Assembly: GCF_009914755.1 (NCBI RefSeq)
Contig: NC_060944.1
Length of the DNA: 64,000 bases
Reading direction: 5' to 3' (one strand)
From: the human T2T-CHM13v2.0 reference genome, Homo sapiens
The notes beneath the pieces are model-generated. The model saw nothing but the letters and a program-made list of their open reading frames with translations, searched no databases and was not told the DNA's origin. Every line of letters starts with the position of its first letter. Position 1 is the stretch's first letter. The translations under genes and the position numbers were made by a program. Positions 28,607-41,428 of this stretch are shown in pieces.

Positions 28607-28992
28607 GCTGTGGTTTCACTGTGCCTCCTCCGAGATTCAGCGTTGACAATGTGATAATGTTGAGGTGGATCCTACAGGAAGTGATTAGGCCATCAGGACT
28701 CCTACCTCAGGAATGGGTTTAGGAGCCCTCATGAAAGGGCTCCATGGAGGGAGTTCATCCCTCTTGCCCTCCCACCTTCCACCATGTGAGGACACAGTGT
28801 TCCCTTTCTCTGGAAGATGCAGCATCAAAACACCATCTTGGACGGAGAGAACAGCCCTTACCAGACATCAGACCTGCCAATGCCTTGATCTTGGACTTCC
28901 TAGTCTCCAGAACTATGACAGATAAATGTCTGGTTTTCATAAATTGCCTAGTCTGTGTTATTTTGTTGTAAGAGCATAAATTGACTAAGACA
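28607..28992 (+). mobile_element. MST/MLT1-type MaLR solo LTR
   Basis: tg...ca ends; ccaccatgtgaggacacag, ccttgatcttggacttcc, actaagaca. Confidence 0.8.
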
Positions 28993-29313
28993 ATTGGGGA
29001 TTAGAAAATGTTTTTTGAAGTGGCATTTGAGAAGGGCTTGATAGATAAGATCTCTACAAATAGAAATAGAGAGATGGTTTGAAATCACCCAGGTGAAAGG
29101 AGTAACACAGCCATGTTCAGTCTGAATGCAAAATGGAGATGGTAAAAAGTACATAGGATTCCACCACCAGTGGGAGGACAGAATTGCAATGTGGCAGCAA
29201 TCTGTAAATATAATATTTATCACTCATTCACATTTATTTAGAGTCTAATGTGTTCTAGGCTCAGAAATTAAGCAAAGAAAATCTAGATATGCATAAGTCC
29301 AAGACTTTGCCTT

Positions 29314-29800
29314 TGTGACAGTCAAAATAATGACCTCATAAAGATGTTCTTGTCCGTGGAATCTGTGACCATATTACTTTACATGGGGCAAAAGGGACTT
29401 TGGAGATGTGATTAACCCTTGAGTTAGGGGGATTATCCTTGATTATCTTGGGGGTCAATCTAATTGCATGTGTCTATAAAATCAGAGAATCTTTCCTAGC
29501 TACAGTCAGAAGGTGATATGGCTACAGAACAATGGCCACAGACATCCCACATTACTGGCTTTTAAGATGGAAGGATGGTCCCATGATCCAAGGAATAGGG
29601 ACAGCATCTAAAAGTTGGAAAAGGAAATGGATTCTCTCTAGAGCCTCCAGAAAGCAATACAGCCCTGACAACACCTTGACTTAAGCCCAGTAAGACCACA
29701 GTCAGAGGTTTGCCCTAAAGAACTATAGGGTCGTAAGTCTTTGATTTAAGCCACAAAGTTGTAGTAATTTGTTATGGCAGCAATACAAAATTAATATTAA
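29314..29800 (+). mobile_element. MLT1D-like LTR
   Basis: ggcaaaagggactttggagatgtgattaa...ggattctctctagagcctccagaaag. Confidence 0.8.
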
Positions 29801-29927
29801 GAACTTTATTATTTGGAAGATAGGCAGACCAGAAAATCCAAATTATAATATAATTCGATTAAAACCTATGGAGATTTGGGCTAGGTGTTTTAAAAAAGAA
29901 TTGAGTATTAACAAGACTAACAGAAGA

Positions 29928-31238
29928 AATGTTCTAAAATTTACACACTAAGTACATCACATTTTTCTAATGATCACGTTGATAGAGCAACTTAGAATCC
30001 ATGGTTTTAACAAACCAACAGGCTTATATACATATATATAAAATATTATATATATATAATGTATGGAATAGCCCCATGGGCACAGGCAGCCCTGGGTCAA
30101 AGGGCAGCACTGTACTAGCAGCCCACACCCCACCTCACCCGCCTACCCTGAGCTGACTTGTCTGCTAAATGATAAATAAACCTGTCGACCTGTCTGGTTT
30201 AACTTAGAAGGGCTTGAATGCAACAAGCCTGAGGGCTGTGACTGGCGGAAGAGAGAGCACAGACGGAGCTCCTCCTCCTTCTGCCACTGCCCACCAACTG
30301 AAAACCACCAACTGAAGTTTGCTTAGATTCTCAGCCTACACCTTGTTCCCAACAAAACACATGCAATACTTTGGCCCCCACTACAATCTCTGGAATAAAA
30401 TATTCTACGGATCTGCTTTTTGAGCTGCAACTTATCTTACTAAATTCCAAGAAGCTTATGTAAGAGAAAACAACCAGATAATACAAAATTTTCAATGTGA
30501 TCATCATTGCTACTTTTAACTAGAAATTATCCAGTAAATGTATTGTGAACTGCTTTGTGACTATGGTGATTTGTTTAGTCTTTCTGATCCTTGGTTTGAT
30601 TATCTCAAATATATGAGTATCACCAATTTTATAAAGTTGCTCTAAAAATTAAATGAAAGAAAAATAATCCTCCTACTCCATATATTGAACACTTACAAAA
30701 TTATAGGCATTGTGTCCAGGTTTTTATATACTTACCTGATAGAAGTCTCCTAACAACCCTCTCTTTTAAATTACAGCATTTTGCCACGGTTTTTACACAT
30801 GTACGTTATGGAAGCCTCGTAACAATCACATATTTTATAGATCAGCAAACTGAGGCTCAGACGAGTTAAAAACACATTCACCATCAAATCATAATGAGGG
30901 ATGGAACTGGGATTCAAATCCGATTCTCTCTGATGCCAAAAATGGTGCAATTTAACGAGGACCAAGTTACACCCAGAACATGGAGGGATCAAAATATGTG
31001 GATTCCCTTTTTGGCCCCCTAATGTGGGAATTTCAGTAGCTTTCACTGCCTCAGAGCAATCCTAAACTCCCTCCCAGGTTGCCTTGCAATGGCCCCCTTA
31101 TTCGTGGGGATGATTAGGAATCTGCATTTTTGGACCACAAGCATCTATAAAGAGTTGTGTTGATCAAGAAGTAAAATTTTCTAGGCCATAGGTTACTGTG
31201 AATTATCTAGCTTCTCGCAAAAAATAAATGGGCTATTC
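29928..31238. repeat. Copy A of a local duplicated block (contains MIR; interrupted by ~430 bp of extra sequence at 30028-30453)
   Basis: 29928-30027 aligns with 32915-33015 and 30454-31238 aligns with ~33010-33793. Shared runs include ttgtgaactgctttgtgactatggtgattt, aaaaacacattcaccatcaaatcataatgag and aaaataaatgggctattc. Confidence 0.9.
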
Positions 31239-31369
31239 CATGTAAAAAAACACAGGACCCACTGAATCTGTGCAGAAAGACTTAGAACTATACTGCAGGA
31301 GCATCTTACTGACAGCTGCGCCTGAAGACCAGCCCAAACACACAAAGCAAGAGCACCTCCAATGACCAG

Positions 31370-31490
31370 GTGTGGTGGCTCTTGCCTGTCATCCCAGCAG
31401 TGTGGGAGGCCAAGGTGGGTGAATCACTTGAGGCCAGGGGTTTGAGACCAGCTTGGACAACACAGTGAGCCTTGTCCCTACAAAAAAAAA
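31370..31490 (+). mobile_element. FLAM/Alu left monomer
   Basis: gtgtggtggctcttgcctgtcatcccagc...gagaccagcttggacaac followed by an A tail. Confidence 0.8.
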
Positions 31491-31955
31491 TCATTTTTTA
31501 TTATTCGAATCAAGAAGAGTACCTCTAACCCCTTACCGTTGCTTTAGGGTAGATAGCTCTGGTCTAGAACTTAAGATATGAAACTGTGAGTCCCAGTGTA
31601 GCTACTTAAGTTTAAATACAAGAGCTGTCAGACATTTCCTCTAAAGCAACGAAATCTGTAGCATCCACTTTGGACTTTGAAAACTTAGTTTTTGACCAGC
31701 CTCTAGGAAGAAGAAGAGGGCCCATAACTGGGCATATGGGTAGGGAGGAGAAAAGAAACCAGCTGGATGCAACAGAGAAAGACCAAGGGATGGAGACGCC
31801 AGGCAGAGCCAGTCCTCATGCTTGGGGCCTGGGCCTAGGAAAGGAACTAGGTGAAGAAGGGAGGAGCCCCAGGCTGTGGATGTCTCTGGGGGAACCTTGG
31901 TTCAGCAACGGCCAGAGGAGCTCCTGAGGCCAAGCGGTATCTGTCGCCTCCCTAC

Positions 31956-32309
31956 CTTTGGGGGTCTTCTGGTCGCCAATGTGCTGCAAGTCATGGCTCC
32001 AGAATCAAATTGGGCTCAAATTGTGCGAGCTCCAACGCAGTGGAGCCTGGAGCTACTCCCACCTCCTCCTCATGGATCTCAGAGCTGCAAGATGGCTCTG
32101 CCCACCGCACCCTAAGCTGGCCCTGCTTGGGGCTGGCATTGGGGGACAGGATGTTCTGGGCGTTTCTGCTCCTTTCTGCTGGTGCCTGTGCCTTTGCGGG
32201 CCAACGACTCATAGATATCAGAGCCACAGGACGGCCCCGCAGAACCCCTGTGCTGGCCCTGCCGGGGGCTGGCTTTGGTGCACATGCAACTGGTCATCGT
32301 GGTCCCCAT
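31956..32309 (-). pseudogene. Cyclin-Y-like (CCNYL1/CCNYL2 family) exon-1 fragment, unprocessed, with internally duplicated N-terminus and frameshifts
   Basis: Minus-strand peptides MGTTMTSCMCTKASPRQGQHRGSAGPSCGSDIYE, SPNASPKQGQ...AEPSCSSEIHE...VAPG...ELAQF and HDLQHIGDQKTPK match recalled CCNYL1 MGNTLTCCVSPNASPKLGRRAGSAELYCASDIYE...HHLQHISDREMPE. A phase-1 donor AAAG|GTAGG sits at the homologous position (31956/31955). Confidence 0.85.
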
Positions 32310-32394
32310 GGGGCACCTCTGCTCTTCTCGAGGCAGCTTGGGCCTCCGCTTGCCCCTACGTCTGCAGAGCTGAGCACCTGCTGCCTCTCCCCAG

Positions 32395-32615
32395 GAAAGG
32401 CAACCAAATGCCACCAACTTAAGGCACCCACTGAAGGCCACCAACTGAAGGCCGGTTGCCCTGCCAACCTGATCGTGTCCTGCTTAGGAAAAACCAATCA
32501 GGCCTTGAGTTCCCTCCACGCGCTGCCCTTCCATTTGTGACGTGTGAGTCCAGGCACTGGCTCACAAAGCCGCGCCCCCCAGCGACCCCGCCCCACCTTT
32601 CATTTATTGGTAGCT
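32395..32615 (-). promoter_or_regulatory. Putative promoter of the CCNYL-like exon
   Basis: Three ~14-bp repeats of GCCACCAACTGAAG type (32410-32450), X-box-like GTTGCCCTGCCAAC (32455-32468), CCAAT (32494-32498; ATTGG 32606-32610), TGACGT (32538-32543) and GC box CCCCGCCCC (32586-32594). Confidence 0.55.
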
Positions 32616-32914
32616 GGAAGCAAATTTCAGGTTTCCTCACTGTGAATTATGAATATGAATTATGATGCAATTACTATATCCTAATGTACCTCATGCACTA
32701 TCTGACAGCCAAAGTCCCCTCTTCCCCTATGGCCTCTGAGTTTTTTAGAAACTAGAAAGAAGATACATTTCTGCAGGTGCTTTCAGAAAAAAACATTGCC
32801 ATGATCTAAGGTTACTCTGTGATGTCAAGTCATATTTCATATGCCATACATATTCATATTTATAATCATAATTCAAAATGCACATATTCAATCAAATTAA
32901 CAGGACTAAAAAGG

Positions 32915-33793
32915 AAATTTTCTAAAATTTATACACTAAGTATATTATATTTTTCTAATGATCACTTTGATAGAGCAAACTTAGAATCTATGGTTTCAAC
33001 AAATGAAGAGGCTTATGCAAGAGAAAACCACCACCTAACACAAGATTTTCAATGTGATCATCATTGTTACTTTTCACTAGCAATTGTCCGGTCAATATAT
33101 TGTGAACTGCTTTGTGACTATGGTGATTTATTTAAACTTAGTGATCCTTTGATTATCTCAAAAATATGAATAATGCCAATTTTATAAACTTGTTCTAAAA
33201 ATTAAATGAGAGAAAAATAATCCTCTTTCTCTATATATTGAAAACCATCAAAATTAGTAACATTGTGTCCAGATTTTACACACTTACCTTATTGAAGCCT
33301 TATCACAACCCTGTCTTTTAAATTACAGGGATTATTCCCAGATTTTTAAACACTTACCTTATGCAAGTCTCATAACAATCCCATCTTTTATAGATGAGCA
33401 AACTGAGTCTCAGATGAGTTAAAAACACATTCACCATCAAATCATAATGAGTGATGGAACTGGGATTCAAATCCAGTTCTCTCTGACACCAAAGGTGGTG
33501 CAATATAATGAAGACCAAGTTATATCCAGCACATGGAGGGATCAAAACATGTGGATTCCCTTTCTCTACCCTCTTACATGTGAATCTCAATGGCTTTCAC
33601 TGCCTCAGAACAATCCTAAACTCCCTCCCAGGTTGCCTTGTAGAGGATCCCTTTATTTTGGGGACGATTAGGAATCCACATTTTTGGACCACAGGCATCT
33701 ATAAAGGGTTGTGTTGATCAAGAAACAAAATTGTCTAGGCCATAAGTTACTGTGAATTGTCTAGCTTCTCTGCAAAAAATAAATGGGCTATTC
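32915..33793. repeat. Copy B of the local duplicated block (contains MIR)
   Basis: Direct-orientation, visibly diverged homolog of 29928-31238. Confidence 0.9.
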
Positions 33794-34079
33794 TCTTTAT
33801 TTTTTACTATTCCACTATTGACAATAGCCTAGAATCAACCTAAGTGTCCAAGAAGACTTGGTTAACCCTGAGGATTACTAATGTTTTCACTGTGGTCATT
33901 GTGGTAGATTATATTATCATTCTCCCATTATCTGGTCTTCCTACTGCAGTGACCCTATCTCCTAGAAGATTATACATTTCTGTCCTATTGAAGAAAGGGT
34001 CAGATTTAGATATGTGACCTGTTTGGCCACTGAAATGCAGGTAGAAGTGGCATGTGTAACTTGTAAGCAGAAAATTTCC

Positions 34080-34430
34080 TTTTTCAAGGATCTGGGAGCC
34101 ATCCCTTTCAAATGTAATCCTCCAGAAAGATAATACCTTATTTCCCAGTCTCCATGAGAGAGTAAGAGCCTAATCTTGCTCCAAGTTGTAAAAATTACCT
34201 TATATCATAAAGATAAAAGAAAGTTTAATTTTCCTTTGAGAAAAGACAGTTAGCAAAGACAGGTGGCCTATGATCGCCCCCTTACCCTCACTTTCAAAAA
34301 CTCCACGGCCCTTTGTATCAGAGGAGCTGAGTTCAGACTAGGTCTGGCCTCTCTCCTGTATTGCAATAGCTTGAATAATATCTTCCTTACTTATTTAACT
34401 TTTTCCAGTGCAATTTTTCCTTTGACTCTT
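34080..34430 (+). mobile_element. ERV1-type LTR fragment
   Basis: ggagctgagttcag...tattgcaatagcttgaataa...cttccttac resembles MER4-group LTR 3' ends. Confidence 0.55.
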
Positions 34431-37400
34431 TCCTCCCTCTCTAAAACTTACATTGAAATTTTAGTAGGATTCAAGGCAGCCAACCTCGACCCTTGAATAT
34501 GTAAAAGAACCCTTTAAGATTAAAAAATCCATGTTATCTTCCATAAATTATTTCTCCAGACTATTGCCTTATTAAAAGTTTCTAGTTCTTATTTTTGCAT
34601 TGAAAAGGAGAATGATGATTTTTAAATAAGTTCCTACTCACTTTTAATTTCTACTATCACAGTTTTATTGCTTTTCATGGCAATAGATTCCTCTGGTTCA
34701 ACAAGAAGGCCAGAACAAGGAAGTACAGAAACATCTCAATATATCTCAAGAAGTTATTTAACATGGACAGTGTCATTTAATATCTTTAACATCCCTATCA
34801 AATGGATGCTATTATTATCCCCATTTTACAAGCTATTAAAACTTACATACTGTAAATAACCAGCTGAAAGTCACATAGCATGGAAAATACAATAAGCATA
34901 CAAAGAAGCAATGGCATTAGAAGTGGAAGAGGGTGAAGGATTAAAAGGCTAAACTTAGTTTGGTTAAGAAAAAAGAAAACTAGGAGGTGGCAAACTCTTG
35001 TTGGAAAGGGGAAGGGTTTGGGCAGAGCAAGGTAGTGGAGTAGATCTCTCTAGTAATCATACCACTACAGACACATCTATATGAACAACTATCCACATAT
35101 GAAATTAACTTTACAAGAGCTAAGGAATCCTGAATACGTGAGTGAGTCTATGAAGCCCCTTTGGACTGCAAAGAGGAGTAAAACCATGCTTGGACAGTAA
35201 GAGAAACAGTACTCTTTGACTGCGATACTCCTCCCCCAGGCCATAATGGTATTATATGCAGAAAGTCCTCCTGAACTCACAGTTCTTACACTGAATAAAG
35301 TGAGCAGAAGTTGAATATTTTTCCACCATACTGAGTGCCTTCACAGTAGACTCACTCCTGCATCAGCCCACAAGCAGCACCATGAGTGTCAACAGAGCTG
35401 AACCACCAGAGGCATGCTAGGGACATAAAGAAGGGATTGGGTTAGCAATACTTACTATATGAAACTTAGCAGTGGCTAGCCATTCCTACCAGAGGAAACA
35501 TTATACCAGGCAGGTTGTTTATGGGCACCACGCTGTGGGAAACATGATACACAGACTATCCAGATTTGATGGCCTGACTTGTTCTCCCCCTACAGACAGC
35601 AGTCTTTCTGTGGATCACCCACAGGCCCATCCAGTTACATTGCATCAATGGTGAAGCCCCATTGCAAGACTTATGTCTAACCTTTGCTTTGGGCACCTCC
35701 TAATGCTAAAATGGAATATAATGGAAACCCACACAGAATTTCTAAACAAGCCCACTGAGAAACAGTCAAAAACAAACCCAGACTGAGAAGATTGAAATAA
35801 ATATTTAATTCATCAATGTGTAGACAGAGATGTACATCTACAAAAATTAAGAATAGCCTTGGAAAAACTGCCTCACCAAATGGAGAAAACAAGGTGTCAG
35901 CAACTGAACCTAAAGACATGCAAATGAATGATGTGGCAGACAAAAAATTCAAATAGCTGTTTTTTTTAAAAAAAAAATCTGTGCACTTCAACAAAGCCCA
36001 AAGAAACAATATGGAAATTTATGAGAAATTCAACAAAGAACTTAAAATAATGGGAAGAAATCAAATGGAAATCCTGGAGGTGGAAAGTTCAGTAAATAAG
36101 CTGAAAAATGCACTAGAGGGCATCAAGAGTAGAACTGATCAAGTAGAAGAAAAACAGCAGTGAGCTCAAAGACAGGCTCTTTGAAAATACACTGTCAGAG
36201 TAGAAAAGAGAAAAAAAATGAGAAGAAACAAAGAAAACTTACGAGATCCATGGGACACCATCAAGAAAAAAAATCTACAGTGTTAAAGTGTGACTAAGAA
36301 TGAAAAAGAGTTAGAAGCTTATTCAGAGAAATAACAGACAACTTTTTAAACTTGGAGAAGGATTAAGATGTTTAGGATGGCCAAAGCTCACTAATTTGAT
36401 TTAATCTGAATAAGACAACCAAAAGACATATTATAATTAAACTTTCAAACGTCAAAAACAAAGAGTAGGTCCTGAAAGCACTAAGAAAAAGGAAGCATAT
36501 AACACATAAGAGAATTCCAATGTGCCTGGCAGCAGACTTCTCAGCAGAAACAATATGGACCAGGAGAGAGTAGGATAATAGAATCAAGTGCTGAAGAAAA
36601 AAACTGTCAACAATGAATACAGTATCCAGCACAGCTCTCATTTAGAAATGAAGGAGAGGTTAAAACATTCTAAGACAAACAAAAGATGAAGAAATTCATT
36701 GTAACCATACCTGCCTTAAAAGAAATGTTAAAGAAGAATCTTCAAACTGAAAGAAAAGGGCACGAATATGTAATACAAAAAATTGGAAGGTACAAATCCA
36801 CAGGTAAAAATAAATATTCAGACAAATTCAGGATGCTCTAGTATAGTAATAATTGAATATAAACCACTTACATGTTTTTAGTAAGAAGGTTAAAATACAA
36901 AACAAAAATAATAACAACTACAATAATTTGTTAAGGGATAAGTGATATAAAAGATGTAAATTAAGACATCAAAAATGCAAAATGTGGGGGAGTGATTGAG
37001 TTAAAGAGCAGATTGATTGCCCTTCTCCATTTCTTATTATCAAAATTAAGTTGTTATCCATTCAAAATTACCTATTGAAACTATAAAATATTCTTTGCAT
37101 GCTTCATAGTAAACAAAAAGCAAACATTTTTATTAGATACACTAAAAATAAAAGAACAAGAAACAAAAACACACAGAGAAAATCACTTAACTACAAAGGA
37201 AGACAACAGAGGGACAAAAAGGTACAAAAATTCTAAAAGACAACAAGAAAAGAGTATATGGCAGTACAAGTCCTTATCTATCAATAATTACCTTGAATGT
37301 AAATAGATTAAATTATCCAGTAAGAAGACAGAGAATGGGTAAATGGATTAAAAGCACTACCTAACTATATTCTTTCTACAAGAGACTCCCATCTCCTGTA

Positions 37401-38624
37401 AAAACACACATAAATTGAAAGTGATCAGATGGAAAAATATATTTTATGACAATGGAAATCAGAAGAATGCAGAAGTAGTTATATTTATATCAAATAAAAT
37501 AGACTTCAAGTAGAAAAACTGTAAACACAGACAAACAAGGCCATTATATAATAATAAAGGGGTCAGTACAACAAGAGAATACAATAATTGTAAATATATA
37601 ATGCACTCAACATTGGAGAACCTAAATATGTAAAGCAAATATTAATAGATCTAAAAGGAGAGACAAAAAACTGTATAATAATAGTATGAAACCTCGACAT
37701 CCCATTTTCAGCAATGAACAGATCATTGAGAGAGAATCTCAACAAAGAAACATTTAAATTGCACTCTAGATCAAAAGAATTTAACAGTTATTTACATAAC
37801 ATTTCATCCAACAATTGCATAATTCAGTGTCTTTTCACCTGCATATGGAATATTGTCCATGATAGATATGTTAGACCACAAAACAAGTCTTAGCTAATCA
37901 AAAAATCAAATCACATCACGTGTTTTTTGACCATATGGAATAAAGCTAGAAATAAACAACAGGAGGAACTTCAGAAATTGTGCAAATACATACAAATAAA
38001 ACAACATATCCTTAAACAACCAATGGGTCAATGAAAAAAAATTAATTTTAAAAATGTCTTAAGACGAGTAAAAATGAAATCAGAACATATGAAAACTTAT
38101 GAAATACAGCAAAATGGTCCTTAGAGGGACGTTTACAGCAATACATTTCTACATCAATAAAGAAGAAAGATAATGAATAAACCATCTAACAATGTATTTC
38201 AAGGAACGATAAAATCAAGAACAAACTAAGACCCAAATTAGCAAAAGAATATAAAGATCAGAGCACAAATATACAAAATGAAGACAAAAATTACAAACGA
38301 CTAATTAAATGAAGGAATCTTTTTTGAAAAGGTAAAATTGACAAATGTTTTGTCAGACTAAGAAAAAAAGAGAAAATTCACATAAAATCAGAGATGAAAA
38401 AGGATATACTATGATAGACTCTAGAGAAATATAAGGAATCATGAGTAAGTACTACAAACAATTATATGCCAATAAATTGAAAAACTTAGAAGAAAAACGT
38501 ATGCTCTGGACACATATAACCTATCAAAATTGAAGAAAGAAGAAATAGAAAATGTGAACACACCAATGACAAATAATGAGACTGAAGGAGAGATTTAGGC
38601 TCTCAGTCAAGGAAAATTCACTTC

Positions 38625-38900
38625 ACACAGTAGCTCACAACTGTAATCTCACAGTTTAGGAGCCCAAGGCAGGAAAATCACTAGAGGCCAGGAGTTCAAG
38701 ATTAGCCTGGGCAACACAATGACACTCCATCTCTAAAAATAAAAATAAAAATTCCCCAGGTATAGTGGTGTGTACTTGTACTCAGGAGACTGAGGCAGGA
38801 GGATCACTTAAGACCAGGCGTTTGAGGCTGCAGTCAGCTATGACTGCACCACTGTATGCCAGCCTCAGTGATAGAGTGAGACTCTGTCTCTAAAAAAATA
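38625..38900 (+). mobile_element. AluJ-like SINE inside L1
   Basis: agtagctcacaactgtaatctc...gagtgagactctgtctctaaaaaaa. Confidence 0.85.
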
Positions 38901-41138
38901 GAGGAAGAAAGAAAAGTTCACGACTTGGTGGTTTTCGCTGACAAATTCTACAAAACATTTAAAAAACTTATACAAATGTTTTACAAACTATTTCAAAAAA
39001 ATGAAAAGGAGGGAACTCTTCCAAACTCATTCTATGAAGACAGCATTTCCTGATTCCAAAATGAGACAAGAACAGCAAATAAAAGAAAACTCCAGGCCAA
39101 TATCATTGATAAACATAGATGCAAACATTCAAAACCAGCAGTTCTAGCAATGATAATTCAAAAGCACATTTAAAAGATTTTTCACCATAATCAAGTGGTA
39201 TTTACATGGAGAGGTAAGGATAGTCTAATACATGTAAATCAATAAAATCTGATACATCACATTAAACAATGAAGGATAAAAAACATATAATCATTTCAAT
39301 AGATGCAGAAAAGCATTTGACAAAATTAGACATCATTTTATGATCAAACCTTTTAACAAATTAGTTATAAAAGAACATAATAAAATAAAGATCATATGTG
39401 ATAACCCACAGGCAACATTACACTGAATGGTGAAAACTTGAAAGTTTTGTCTCTAGGATCTGGAACAAGACAAGGATGTTCACTTTAATCACTTTTTTCA
39501 ACATAGTACTAGAAGTCCTAGTCAGAACAATTAGGTAAGAGAAAGAAATAAAAGGCATCCAAATTGGAAAAAAAAAGTCAGATTGTCCCTCTTTGCAGAT
39601 GACATGATCATATATGTAAAAAACCCTAAATACACCACTGAGAATCAGAAATAATAAATGAATATAATAAGGTTTCAGGATACAAAAGCAACATAAAAAA
39701 TCAGTAACATCTCTATACACCAATAGCACACTATCTGAAAAAGGGATCAAGAAAGTAATCCCATTTAAAATAGCTATTAAAGAAACAAAATACCTACAAG
39801 TAAGTTAAGCCATGGAAAGATGAAAATTATTAAATATTGATAAAAACAATTAAAAAAATTAAAATAAATAGAAAGATATCCCATGTTCATGGACTAGAAG
39901 AATTAATATTGTTGAAATGACTATACTACTCGAATCAATCTACAAATACAATATAATCTCTATCAAATTTCCAATTTCATTCTTCACAGATATTAAAAAA
40001 AATCTTAAAACCCATGTGAAACTACAAAACACCCCAAATAGCCAAATAAATCTTAAGCAAAAAGAGCAATGCTAGAGGTATTACACTATCTAATTTCAAA
40101 ATATATTACAAAGCTATCCTAACTAAAACAGCATGGTATTGGCATAAAAACAGGCATGTAGACCAGTGGAACAAAAATAGAGAGCCCAGGCATAAATCCA
40201 CACATTTACATGCAACTTATTTTTGACAAAGGTGCAAACATTCAATGGGGGAAAGACAGTCTTTTCAACAAATGATGCTTGGAAAAGTTCATATCCCCAT
40301 ACAAAAGAATGAAAGTAGACCCTTATCTCTCATAATATACAAAAATCAACTCAAAATAAATTAAATGTTTAAATGTAAGACCCCAAACTATGAAACTAGT
40401 AGAAGAATACTTAAATGAAATGTTATATGTCATTGGTCTGGGCAAGGACTTTTTAGAAACACATCAAAAGACATGCACAACAAAACCAAAAATAAACAAA
40501 TGGGATTACTCTAAATAAAAACTTCTGCACTGCATAGGAAACAATCACAAGAGTGAAGAGACAACCTACAAAATGGGAGAAAATATCTGCAAACTATTCA
40601 CTTGATAAGGGGTTAATATCCCAAATTTATAGAAAACTCAAACAACTCAATAGCAAAAACACAAATAATTGGATTAGAAAATAGTCAAGAGAGTTGAATA
40701 GACATTTTTCCAAATAAGACAAAAAAATCACCAACAGGTATATGAAAAAATACTCACCATCACTAATAATCAGAGAAACGCAAGTCAAATCCACAGTGAG
40801 ATATCATCTCACCCTGCTTAGAATGCTTTTTATGAAAAAGTCAAAAAATAACAAACGCTGGCAAGGATGTGAAGAAAGGAGAATGTTCATACACTGTTGG
40901 TGGAAATGTAAATTAGAGCAATTTCTACGGAAAACAATATAACTTCCAAAAACATTAAAAATAGACATCACATAATCCAGCAATCCCACTACTGGGTATA
41001 TATTCAAAGAATATTAAATCAGTATGTCAAAGAGATTTCTGGACTCTCATGTTTATTACAGCACTATTCACAATAGCCAAGAATCAACCTAAGTGTCCAA
41101 CAATGAATGAATCGATAAAGAAAATGTGGCATATATGC

Positions 41139-41428
41139 TGTATTTGGCCATTCTTGCATTGCTATAAAGAAATACCTGAGATTGGATAATTTAAAAGAAA
41201 AGAGACATAATTGGTTCCTGGTTCCATGGGCTGCACAGGGAGCATAGTGTCAACATATGCTTGACTAGTCAGGAAGCTTGAGAACTCATTCACTATCATG
41301 AGGATAGCACCAAGTCATGAGGGATCCACCTCCATGACCTAAACACCCCCTACCAGGCCCCATCTCTAACAGTGGGGATTACAATATAACATGAGATATG
41401 GGTCAGGACAAATATCCAAACTATATCA
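41139..41428 (-). mobile_element. MSTA-like solo LTR inside L1
   Basis: tg...ca ends with 5-bp TSD tatgc (41134-41138 / 41429-41433). Confidence 0.85.

Noticed and set aside
30063-31241. 12-bp inverted match (atggaatagccc at 30063-30074 / gggctattccat at 31230-31241)
   Set aside because: Could mark an old inversion junction, but too short to distinguish from chance.
31851-32540. 229-aa plus-strand ORF
   Set aside because: Antisense shadow of the GC-rich CCNYL-like exon; homology and splice signals are on the minus strand.
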